Source: Longimicrobiales bacterium (GTDB lineage: Bacteria; Gemmatimonadota; Gemmatimonadetes; Longimicrobiales; Gaopeijiaceae). Taken from it: a DNA stretch of 64,000 bases. Of the stretch, positions 56,060-64,000 are shown in pieces; positions within the stretch are counted from its first letter, which is position 1, and each line of letters opens with the position of its first letter. The DNA is taken from positions 768,001 through 832,000 of the forward strand of contig CBDFMQ010000002.1 in assembly GCA_965249725.1 (NCBI GenBank), given 5' to 3'. Under the pieces are notes generated by a model that saw only the letters and a program-made list of their open reading frames with translations, made no database searches and was not told where the DNA came from. A program made the position numbers and the translations under genes.

Positions 56060-56152
56060 AAGCGATTGCTGCAGTCGCGGTGAGCATTCGACTCGCGCGC
56101 TTCGCTTGCGGTCGGCATCTTGGTCGCGCAGCAGAATCGCAATCCGTTAGGC
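56053..56152 (+). repeat. attC site 1
   Basis: GTCTAAC AAGCGATTGCTGC...GCAGCAGAATCGCAATCC GTTAGGC. Confidence 0.92.
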
Positions 56153-56240
56153 GTCATCGACCTAGGCGGCGGTGGCGGAGCCAGCCATTCGAAACGCGGG
56201 AAGAACTTTACGACCGCATGTTCTTTCTTTGGGGCGGAGC

Positions 56241-56753
56241 ATGGGTGTCAAGAACTTCCTAGTCGAAGGCGTTTCTTGTACCGGCAAAACCTCGGTCTGC
56301 GACGAGCTGCAACGGCGCGGCTACCACTGCATCCATGGCGACAGGGACTTGGCCTATTGGGGTGATCCCAAGACCGGTGAGCCTTTAGAAAGCTCAGCCT
56401 ACGAGCATTGGATCTGGGATGTCGATAAGGTCAGAGCTTTGGTGGCAGACCAAAGTCATGCGGCATCGTTCTTTTGCGGCGGTTCGAGGAATCTCGACCG
56501 ATTCATCGATCTGCTCGATGGAGTTTTTGTTCTCGAGGTCGATCTGGACACGCTGAACCGGCGTCTTGCCCTCCGACCAGAGGACGAGTGGGGCGGCCCA
56601 GCAAGCGACGGGGAATCCAATGCGCGATTGCAACACGCGACAAGAGAAGGCACTCCAGAGAACGCGATCACAATCGACGCCACGGCACCCATCGCACGGG
56701 TGGTCGACGCGATTCTCGGGAAATGCCAACTAGAGACTGCGAATGACGCCTAA
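56241..56753 (+). CDS. Cassette 2: P-loop nucleoside/nucleotide kinase-like protein
   Basis: EGVSCTGKT Walker A, IDATAP C-terminus; stop TAA lies in the attC R'' box. Confidence 0.85.
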   Translation: MGVKNFLVEGVSCTGKTSVCDELQRRGYHCIHGDRDLAYWGDPKTGEPLESSAYEHWIWDVDKVRALVADQSHAASFFCGGSRNLDRFIDLLDGVFVLEVDLDTLNRRLALRPEDEWGGPASDGESNARLQHATREGTPENAITIDATAPIARVVDAILGKCQLETANDA

Positions 56754-56847
56754 CAAGCGATTGCTGCAGTCGCGGTAAGCATCTAGCTCGCGCGCTTCGC
56801 TTGCGGTCGGCATGTTGGTCGCGCAGCAGAATCGCAATCCGTTAGGA
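56748..56847 (+). repeat. attC site 2
   Basis: GCCTAAC...GTTAGGA, near-identical to site 1. Confidence 0.92.
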
Positions 56848-56855
56848 AGCGCCTT

Positions 56856-57257
56856 CTACCGTTCTTGTATCCTCTCCCAGAAGCCGCGGGGAGAGAGAAT
56901 ATCGACGGGTAGGCTGTGGGCGGCGTCAAGAAAGTCGCGGTCCCCCGTAACGAGTACGTCCGCCGACCCCTCGAGCGCCTCGGCCAAGACTAGGACGTCG
57001 TCGGCGTCCCGGAGTTCGACGTCTGGTTCGGATGCGTGGGAGACGACCGCCGCCTCCCGCCGTAGGAACGATTCCGTCTCCTCGATCGTCGCCGCCGGCA
57101 CTCGCATCTTCTCCGAAAGCACTCGGGTCAACTCAGCCAATACAGTTTCCCCAAGGACGAGTTGGTGTTCGGCCACGACCACCGTGACTACGTCCGCGCA
57201 GATACCCCGAGTCGTAAAGGCACTGACGAGCACATTGGTGTCGAGAAAGACTCTCAA
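56856..57257 (-). CDS. Cassette 3: PIN-domain (VapC-like) toxin
   Basis: VFLDTNVLVSA, RDADD, LVTGDRDFL. Confidence 0.92.
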   Translation of the reverse strand: MRVFLDTNVLVSAFTTRGICADVVTVVVAEHQLVLGETVLAELTRVLSEKMRVPAATIEETESFLRREAAVVSHASEPDVELRDADDVLVLAEALEGSADVLVTGDRDFLDAAHSLPVDILSPRGFWERIQER

Positions 57258-57475
57258 GAAACGTCTCTGAAGACGTCCTCGTCCGTGAGATACCCGGCGG
57301 CCTCGGCAAAGGGCATGATCCGTCTCCGCAGATCCTCGAACTGTGCCACGGCGAGCTGACGTCGAAGCGCGTCACGTACGATCTCACTCCGAGAACGTCC
57401 GCTGCGCTTGGCCGCGCGCTCGAGCTGTTTCTCCAGATCGGGATCCAACCGAATTGTAAGTGCCGAGGTTTTCAT
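57254..57475 (-). CDS. Cassette 3: CopG/RHH antitoxin
   Basis: LTIRLD..L..AAKRSGRSRSEIVRDAL; overlaps the toxin start. Confidence 0.9.
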   Translation of the reverse strand: MKTSALTIRLDPDLEKQLERAAKRSGRSRSEIVRDALRRQLAVAQFEDLRRRIMPFAEAAGYLTDEDVFRDVS

Positions 57476-57502
57476 GTATTACAATGTATGACGTCCGGCG
57501 CT

Positions 57503-57602
57503 TCCTAACAAGCGATTGCTACTGTCGCGGTAGGCATCAGGCTCGCGCGCTCCGCTTGCAGTCGGCATCTTGGTCGCGCAGCAGAATCGCAATCCGTTAT
57601 GC
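57503..57602 (+). repeat. attC site 3
   Basis: TCCTAAC...GTTATGC. Confidence 0.92.
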
Positions 57603-57653
57603 CGCACCGCTATTGGAGGTTGTCTCCAGCAGCGGAGACCCTCGGAGGGTGTG

Positions 57654-59771
57654 ATGAAAGCGAATGCGACAAGATCATCCGCAGTGGCCCTGGCCCTGTG
57701 TTTGGCGGCCTGCAGTCCAGAGACCCGGTCCACGCCCGTGGACGCCGCGAGGCTCACCGCCGCCGACGCGGACACGGCGCAGTGGATGACCGTAGGCCGG
57801 ACCTACTCGGAACAGCGATTCAGCCCGCTCTCCGCGATAAACGCAGAGACCGTCGACCAGCTGGGCCTCGCCTGGAGCTTTGAGTTCGATACCGACCGGG
57901 GCCAGGAGGCAACCCCCCTGATCGTCGATGGCGTCCTCTACACGTCGACGGCCTGGTCCAAGGTCTTTGCCTTTGACGCCAGGGCCGGAACGCTCCTCTG
58001 GTCCTACGATCCCGAGGTCGACGGCTCGCGCGCCTTCTCGGCCTGCTGCGACGTGGTCAACCGTGGTGTCGCCATCTGGGGCGACAAGCTCTTCCTGGGC
58101 GCCCTCGACGGCCGGTTGATCGCGCTGGACGCTGCGAGCGGCAGGGAAGTCTGGTCGGTGGTCACGGTGGATCAGTCCAAACCCTACACCATCACGGGCG
58201 CGCCCCGGGTGGTCAAAGGCAAGGTGCTGATCGGAAATGGCGGCGCCGAATTCGGGGTCCGTGGCTACCTGTCGGCCTATGACGCCGAGAGCGGAGAACT
58301 CGTCTGGCGGTTCTACACCACGCCCAATCCGGACGGCCAGTCCGACGGCGCCGCCTCGGACGCGATCATGGCCTCAACGGCTGGGGCGACTTGGTTCGAC
58401 GGCCTCTGGAAGCGTTCCGGCGGCGGTGGCACAGTGTGGGACGCCATGGCGTACGATCCGGCGCTCGATCTGCTCTACTTCGGCGTCGGCAACGGCGCGC
58501 CCTGGGACCATGTCATGCGGTCCGGTGGCCAGGGCGACAATTTGTTCCTGGCGTCGATCGTCGCGGTGAGGCCGGACAACGGAGACTACGTCTGGCACTA
58601 CCAGACCACGCCTGGCGAAACCTGGGACTACACAGCCACCCAGCACATCATGCTGGCCGACCTGACCATCGACGGCAGGCCGCGCCAGGTGCTCATGCAG
58701 GCACCCAAGAATGGATTCTTCTACGTCTTGGACCGCGCGGACGGATCGCTGATTTCGGCGAACAATTACGTCACCGTGAACTGGGCCACAGGTATCGGTC
58801 CCGACGGGCGGCCCGTTGAGGTCCCGGACGCCCGGTATGACGTGCAGAAGAGTGTCGCGCTCGTGTTCCCGGGGCCCTTCGGTGGCCACGGCTGGCAGCC
58901 CATGGCCTTCGATCCTGCGGAAGGGCTGGTGTACATCCCGGCCATGGAGATGGCGTTCCCGTACGGTGAGGACGGCGAGTTCACGTATCGCGACGGCACC
59001 GTCAACCTTGGCATCGAATTCGACCTGCTCGCCCTGCCGGACGACGCTGCCCAGATCAGCGCGATGAAGGCGGGCACCAAGGGCCAGCTAATCGCTTGGG
59101 ATCCGGTGAAGCAGGAAGCTCGCTGGATCGTCGAGCACCCCCACTTCTGGAACGCGGGCGCCCTAGCCACGGGCGGAGGACTGGTCTTCCAGGGTGCGGC
59201 CGAGGGTCAGGTCGCAGCGTATTCTGCCAGAGATGGCGCGCTGGTCTGGAGCTACGATGCGGGCAACGGCATTATCGCCGCGCCGGCCACTTATGCGATG
59301 GATGGCGAGCAGTATCTGGCGGTGATGGTGGGCTACGGCGGAGCTGCGCCGATGCTCGCCGCCTGGGCTCTGCCGGATCGCCCTCGCCTGCCGGGGCGCC
59401 TGCTGGTATTCAAGCTCGGCGGGAATGCCACCGTGCCACCGTATCCCGAGCCCCAGCCGGTGACGATCGACCTGACCGGGGCGGTCTCCACCGCCGACGC
59501 CAGAGCCGGGTTTTCTCTCTACAACGACAATTGCATAGTCTGCCATGGCCCCAACGCCAGCGGCCGATACCTGCCCGACCTCAGGACCTCGCCGATGATC
59601 CTGTCGGCGGCTGCCTTCAAGTCGGTGGTCGTCGACGGCGCTCGCGCGGCCATGGGCATGGTTGGTTTCTCCCGGTTTCTGACGGCCGATCAAGCCGAGT
59701 CGATCCGGGCGTACGTGTTGACCGAGGCACGCAAAGCGCAGACCGGAGTGGCCCCAGGAGCGATACCGTAG
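57654..59771 (+). CDS. Cassette 4: PQQ-dependent quinohemoprotein alcohol dehydrogenase (type II), lipoprotein
   Basis: LAAC lipobox, RFSPL, ACCDVVNRG, GAEFGVRG, WDYTATQH, QAPKNGFFYVLDR, C-terminal CIVCH heme motif. Confidence 0.93.
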   Translation: MKANATRSSAVALALCLAACSPETRSTPVDAARLTAADADTAQWMTVGRTYSEQRFSPLSAINAETVDQLGLAWSFEFDTDRGQEATPLIVDGVLYTSTAWSKVFAFDARAGTLLWSYDPEVDGSRAFSACCDVVNRGVAIWGDKLFLGALDGRLIALDAASGREVWSVVTVDQSKPYTITGAPRVVKGKVLIGNGGAEFGVRGYLSAYDAESGELVWRFYTTPNPDGQSDGAASDAIMASTAGATWFDGLWKRSGGGGTVWDAMAYDPALDLLYFGVGNGAPWDHVMRSGGQGDNLFLASIVAVRPDNGDYVWHYQTTPGETWDYTATQHIMLADLTIDGRPRQVLMQAPKNGFFYVLDRADGSLISANNYVTVNWATGIGPDGRPVEVPDARYDVQKSVALVFPGPFGGHGWQPMAFDPAEGLVYIPAMEMAFPYGEDGEFTYRDGTVNLGIEFDLLALPDDAAQISAMKAGTKGQLIAWDPVKQEARWIVEHPHFWNAGALATGGGLVFQGAAEGQVAAYSARDGALVWSYDAGNGIIAAPATYAMDGEQYLAVMVGYGGAAPMLAAWALPDRPRLPGRLLVFKLGGNATVPPYPEPQPVTIDLTGAVSTADARAGFSLYNDNCIVCHGPNASGRYLPDLRTSPMILSAAAFKSVVVDGARAAMGMVGFSRFLTADQAESIRAYVLTEARKAQTGVAPGAIP

Positions 59772-59858
59772 ACCAGTTCCAGGTCGGACATTAGGAGAGG
59801 GTCCCGTCCTGTTCGTGGGTGGAGCTCGTTTCCGCAGGGTCACCTTGGTCGGAGTGCG

Positions 59859-59959
59859 GCATAACCAGCGATTGCTACTGTCGCGGTAAGCATCAAGCTC
59901 GCGCGCTACGCTCGCGGTCCACATCTTGGACGCGCAGCAGAATCGCCGATCCGTTAGCT
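59859..59959 (+). repeat. attC site 4
   Basis: GCATAAC CAGCGATTG...AATCGCCGATCC GTTAGCT. Confidence 0.92.
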
Positions 59960-59979
59960 AGCCTCCAAACGGGCGTAGA

Positions 59980-60693
59980 GTGGATCCTTCCAACCAATTT
60001 GGTAGTCGGGCACGCTGGGGCCGCGTGATCGCAGAGGGTATGGCGATCGTGCTCAGCATTCTCCTGGCGTTTGCCCTTCAGGCGTGGTGGGAAGCCCTTC
60101 GGGACACAGCTGAAGAATTAGCCGTCGTCGAGACGCTCGTTGCGGAGATCGGTGAAGTCACGGCCCACTTGGACGAGGCGATTGCCGAGCACGTGTTGGT
60201 GATGGACGCCGCTGACGAATGGCGGAACGTTTCACAAACGACTGCGCCGGATTCCGTAGCTGCCTTGGTTCGCCTCCTCATCTACCACAGGACTCCAAAC
60301 CTCTCCCTCAGCGCAGTAGAAGGCTTGCTCGCCTCTGGGCGTCTCTCACTGATCCGGGACGAGCAACTCCGTGCGTGGATCGCCGCCTGGCCCGGCGTAA
60401 AAGAGGACTTGGACGAAGAAACTCAGGGCGTCATCCAGTTCGCGCGCTTCGTTGTTCCAGGCTTTTTCGTGGCCAGCGGGATTCCGCGCGCGGCCGCCGA
60501 CAGTATCCTTCCACCGCGGCACTCTCGCAGTGACCTCAGTCCTCTTGTGGGCGACCCTCGGTTTGCGAATCTGTATTACCAGGGCTGGGAGGTTAGCGAG
60601 GTCTTTGTGCGGGAGGGACTCCTCGTCCGAGACGTGCTTGAGCGTGGGAGGTCGCTCGGGCGTTCGGTACTCGACCGTGCGGGGCGAGGCTAG
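59980..60693 (+). CDS. Cassette 5: hypothetical protein with an N-terminal TM helix
   Basis: EGMAIVLSILLAFALQAWWE, LLASGRLSLIRD; fills the cassette and stops at R''. Confidence 0.78.
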   Translation: MDPSNQFGSRARWGRVIAEGMAIVLSILLAFALQAWWEALRDTAEELAVVETLVAEIGEVTAHLDEAIAEHVLVMDAADEWRNVSQTTAPDSVAALVRLLIYHRTPNLSLSAVEGLLASGRLSLIRDEQLRAWIAAWPGVKEDLDEETQGVIQFARFVVPGFFVASGIPRAAADSILPPRHSRSDLSPLVGDPRFANLYYQGWEVSEVFVREGLLVRDVLERGRSLGRSVLDRAGRG

Positions 60694-60791
60694 CTAACAA
60701 GCGATTGCTGCAGTCGCGGTAAGCGTTTGGCTCGCGCGCTTCGCTTGCGGTCCACATCTTGATCGCGCAGCAGAATCGCAATCCGTTAGCT
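60692..60791 (+). repeat. attC site 5
   Basis: AGCTAAC...GTTAGCT. Confidence 0.92.
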
Positions 60792-60853
60792 AGCGCCTAC
60801 GAGGTAGGGTCGACGGACCTTTCTGTGTACACACCGCGTATGTACATTCCGTG

Positions 60854-61150
60854 ATGTCCCACATCGAATTCGAGTGGGACCTGCAGAAGAACCGAGCCAA
60901 TCGAAAAAAACACGGCGTCTCGTTCGATGAGGCGTCGACGGCCTTCTATGACGAAGAGGGCCTGTTGCTGGACGATCCGGATCATTCTGAGAGCGAGGAT
61001 CACTTCATCATCCTAGGCGTCAGTTCCGCGCTCCGTCTTCTTGTGGTCGTCCATTGTTACCGTGGGGAGGACGCCACGATTCGAATCATCTCGGCCCGAA
61101 AAGCAGTGCCGGCCGAGGCCGCCTTCTACGAGAGTCACCAAAGGCCATGA
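60854..61150 (+). CDS. brnT: Cassette 6: BrnT-family toxin
   Basis: FEWD..KN..N.KKHGVSF.EA, IRIISARKA. Confidence 0.93.
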   Translation: MSHIEFEWDLQKNRANRKKHGVSFDEASTAFYDEEGLLLDDPDHSESEDHFIILGVSSALRLLVVVHCYRGEDATIRIISARKAVPAEAAFYESHQRP

Positions 61151-61377
61151 GAGCAGAGTACGATTTTTCGAAAGCCCGCAAGAATCCGTATGCGAAGCGA
61201 CTCAAGAAGCGCGTGACCATCCGCCTAGACACGCCGACCGTGGACTACTTCAAGCAACTCGCGGAAGAGACTGGGATCCCCTACCAAACCCTCATCAATC
61301 TCTACCTCAGGGATTGTGCGGCATCGAAACGGGAGTTGAACCTGGAGTGGCGGGGGGCGACCAGCGGCGCTGGCTAA
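61147..61377 (+). CDS. brnA: Cassette 6: BrnA-family antitoxin
   Basis: MRAEYDFS, NPYA, VTIRLD..VDYFK, GIPYQTLIN; stop lies in R''. Confidence 0.9.
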   Translation: MRAEYDFSKARKNPYAKRLKKRVTIRLDTPTVDYFKQLAEETGIPYQTLINLYLRDCAASKRELNLEWRGATSGAG

Positions 61378-61472
61378 CCAGCGATTGCTACTGTCGCGGT
61401 AAGCATCAAGCTCGCGCGCTACGCTCGCGGTCCACATCTTGGACGCGCAGCAGAATCGCCGATCCGTTATGT
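61372..61472 (+). repeat. attC site 6
   Basis: GGCTAAC...GTTATGT; interior identical to site 4. Confidence 0.92.
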
Positions 61473-61883
61473 GGCCTCGCTGTGGTCCTGCAGCAGAGCC
61501 ATGAAGGCCCGAGGCGTGACCACGTCTACGCCTCGCCACCCTGAGGCCTCAAGTAGGTGCCTGTCGCCAGACACCACGAGGGCCCCCACTTGTTGGGCAC
61601 AGATCATGAACTTGTCGTCGTCCGGATCGGTCGTGATGGATTCCGGAGCAGTCGCATCGGGCACTAGCGTTCCGTGCCCAACTACGGTCGCGAGAAGTTC
61701 GTCGTAGTTGAGAGTCGGGTGGCCTGCGCCCAGCCGATCGCAGGTCCGCAGGTACTCATCGAAAATCGTTGGCGAAAGAAACAGCTCGAAGCGCCCTTCT
61801 GCCCACGCTTCGAGCACACTCCGGGGCACGCCTCCGAAGAAGATCCCAGAAACCACCACATTGGTGTCTAGGACAGCCTTCAC
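61467..61883 (-). CDS. Cassette 7: PIN-domain toxin
   Basis: AVLDTNVVVSG, DPDDDKF, VSGDRHLL. Confidence 0.92.
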   Translation of the reverse strand: MKAVLDTNVVVSGIFFGGVPRSVLEAWAEGRFELFLSPTIFDEYLRTCDRLGAGHPTLNYDELLATVVGHGTLVPDATAPESITTDPDDDKFMICAQQVGALVVSGDRHLLEASGWRGVDVVTPRAFMALLQDHSEAT

Positions 61884-62143
61884 TCCTTCCTCCGGACCTC
61901 CCGAATAGCCCGATCGATATCGTCAGGAGTGAGTTCAGCCTTCTCAGCCGACTCATGAGCCTGGTCCAACAACGCCTTGAAGTCCGCCATTCTCGGTGGC
62001 TTGAGAGCTTTGAGCACGACGACGTCGCCCTCGCCCACAACGACGAACTGTGCCCCAGGCTCGAGTCCAAGTCGGTTTCGGATCTCTTCAGGAATGACGA
62101 CCTGTCCTCTGGAGGAGAGTTTTGTCGTGGCCGCACGTACCAT
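61880..62143 (-). CDS. Cassette 7: AbrB/MazE-family antitoxin
   Basis: KLSSRGQVVIPEEIRNRLGLEPG; GGAGG RBS; inverted repeat ATCTTA-TTGG-TAAGAT upstream at 62159-62174. Confidence 0.9.
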   Translation of the reverse strand: MVRAATTKLSSRGQVVIPEEIRNRLGLEPGAQFVVVGEGDVVVLKALKPPRMADFKALLDQAHESAEKAELTPDDIDRAIREVRRKE

Positions 62144-62201
62144 AATGCCTCCGGTTGGATCTTATTGGTAAGATAATGCGGAGACCAAGTACGGTCGACC
62201 C

Positions 62202-63145
62202 TGAGCGGTAAAGGACCTGGGTGACAGTTAAGTAAAGAGACCTAGGTAACAGTTCTGCGTCCTTTGCAAGTACCTCCAGTTCGTCTTTGCCCTCGTCCGA
62301 GGGAGTCGAAGATGAGGCGTTTGGGTTCAACAAAGCGTCCTAGCCAGATGGGACCGAAGTAGACCTCAAAGAGGCCGTGGTCAATCTCTTCGAGTCCGAC
62401 TTCATGTCCGGCGAAGAGTCGACCGACAGGGACGCGGTCACCGTACCATCGGATGCCACCGTTCGAGCTGACGAGCCGGGTCTCGAAGTGGCCTGGATAC
62501 GTGACCGGCTCGAGTTGATTGGGGAAGGGTCGAGGTGAGGGTCGGTAGTGGTCGGCGGGCACGTTACCGCCTAACGCCTCATGCGGTCTTATCTCGTTGT
62601 AGAGCTTCCTGAACTCCCGGAACGCACGCTGCTGGGTTCGCATGTTGGAGCTCGGAGGGCGGGTGGTACGCCTCTTCAGCACCAGATGCATGTTCTCGTG
62701 CTTGCCGTTTTGCTGCGGGCAGCCAGGCTCGATGAGCTCAGGCACGATCCCCACCTGAATGAACCACACCGACAGCCGAGATAGACGGCCGAGTGCGTTC
62801 GAAGCAAACGGAGTGCCGTTGTCCGTACGGATCCGTTCGGGCAGGCCGAATCGGCGAAATAGCCTTCTAAACACGGGGATCACGCCGTCGATCGTCACAT
62901 CGGGACGACCCCGACACTCTAGGACGAACCTCGAATGCATGTCCTGTACGGTGAGCGGGTAGCACAGCTCCCCGTTGCCCATCGGGAACTCACCCTTGAA
63001 GTCGGCCGTCCACGTTCCGTTCGGCTCCGAGGCGTCCGTATCGGGTCGACCCGGATGCCACCGGCGCACCCGCCGTCGACGCCTCGGCACCAGATCGTGA
63101 CGTACCAAGATGTTGTGCATCGTCTGTCGTGAGGGTACCGGACCA
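62202..63145 (-). mobile_element. Truncated IS481-like element (rve DDE transposase 62242..~63140, N-terminal HTH missing)
   Basis: WTADFKG, TVQD.HSRF, RTDNGTPF, PQQNGKHE, YNEIRPHEAL; repeated subterminal motif ACTGT(T/C)ACC(T/C)AGGTC ending in CA at 62202. Confidence 0.85.
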
Positions 63146-63501
63146 TTGAGGACGCGCTGAAGTCAGCGCGTGTCGAGTTCGGTGAGGCGTTCGACTCGGC
63201 GCCCAATGCTCTAGACTTCGCCTTCTACACGACGGCAGAGTCACCGCTGCTACTTCGCAAAGCCTTCCTCTTCGTATACCCCACGTACTTCGCACTCTTC
63301 ACAGTTGAGGCTGCGTACCTGCTCATGCAACAGGTCTTGCCCTTTCCGACCGCTCCTGAGCACCCGATGCTCTGGGCGCTTGGGTTCATCGCTTTCTCGT
63401 GGGGCGCCGTTCGAGTGGGTCGCTATTTGCGTAGGAACTACGGACGGGCCATGGACCTCAAGTAGGCTGGCTTCAACACCATAAACTGATCGGGGGTTGA
63501 A

Positions 63502-64000
63502 GTGCCTCAGGCGTACCGGGGAGTTCCGCACATCACGACTCCAGGTGGCTGGGATGTCCGCGTGACCCGGTTTCCCGTTGGTGCCGATGAGGTGCCAATA
63601 GTCGCCGTTCTCGGTCGTGGGGGTATGCCGACTCGGTGGTGCACTATCGGGTCAGCCTTCTCACATGCTGATGGTTTCGACGAGTTCGCTTGCGTAGCCG
63701 CGATGGCAGCTTGGGGGGCATTGGTGCTCGGGCCAGAGGTCATCAGATGGCGGGTCGCAGAGGCAGGAACCCTGGTCACGAACAGGAAGAGGGCCAAGAA
63801 GCTGGTGCGCGCTATCCATCCAAGGGAATTCAGGGGCACGGCGGTCCCAGCCGTCAGTGGGGACAGGGAAGTCAGCCTCCCCGAGCTTCTCCGGCAGTAC
63901 ACCGTGGCGGGTGAGAGCAACGCGGTTGAGGTCGCCGAGTTAGCAGAGTTAGGGTTTCCTCCGGGCATGTATGGTCAACCATCGGATGAGGCCCGTATCC
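63502..64000 (+). CDS. Possible hypothetical ORF running off the window
   Basis: 166 open codons from GTG 63502; no recognisable motif; an antisense ORF of similar length also exists. Confidence 0.3.
   Translation, partial: MPQAYRGVPHITTPGGWDVRVTRFPVGADEVPIVAVLGRGGMPTRWCTIGSAFSHADGFDEFACVAAMAAWGALVLGPEVIRWRVAEAGTLVTNRKRAKKLVRAIHPREFRGTAVPAVSGDREVSLPELLRQYTVAGESNAVEVAELAELGFPPGMYGQPSDEARI

Larger units (their letters stand above)
55836..62201 (+). mobile_element. Integron-type gene cassette array with no integrase in the window (CALIN-like)
   Basis: Six ~100 bp imperfect palindromes bounded by NNNTAAC...GTTANNN separate unrelated genes. Confidence 0.9.

Noticed and set aside
57570..57653. 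N-terminal extensions such as MVAQQNRNPL and short ORFs ending TSDC..IAIR
   Set aside because: These are translations of the attC repeat, not real coding sequence.
56053..61472. The ~100 bp repeats as a CRISPR array
   Set aside because: Repeats are too long, the intervening sequences are whole genes of 0.6-2.3 kb, and there are no cas genes; the attC architecture explains them.
63250..63968. Minus-strand ORFs 63250..63531 and 63507..63968
   Set aside because: No recognisable motifs, and I cannot distinguish them from the open plus-strand frame.

Overview
GC-rich bacterial chromosome window. Gene content and order suggest Gemmatimonadota (inference, no database check). Bases 1-55,800 are mostly housekeeping: ispG, gltX, a LexA-like gene, tadA, pyrRBC, rpsT, scpAB, rluB, pcm, tRNA-Ile2(CAT), a secreted-peptidase plus MoxR/DUF58/VWA cluster, a fused folK-folP, tRNA-His, a complete 16S-23S-5S rRNA operon, outer-membrane/carboxypeptidase-regulatory-domain genes and era. 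At about 55,835 the RNase R gene (rnr) breaks off into an integron-type gene-cassette array. The array has six near-identical 100-101 bp attC-like sites and seven cassettes: a truncated membrane protein, a P-loop kinase, three toxin-antitoxin pairs, a 2.1 kb quinohemoprotein alcohol dehydrogenase and a hypothetical protein. No integrase or attI is visible, and the array ends at a truncated IS481-like element. Other notable items are a LexA homologue lacking its cleavage site and catalytic dyad but preceded by an SOS-box-like motif, two peptidase homologues that have lost metal ligands, a four-repeat small protein, a G9-tract frameshift in a surface lipoprotein, a 12 bp VNTR in era, and related stem-loop elements in both rRNA spacers. 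Several frameshifts and the rnr junction could be assembly errors.
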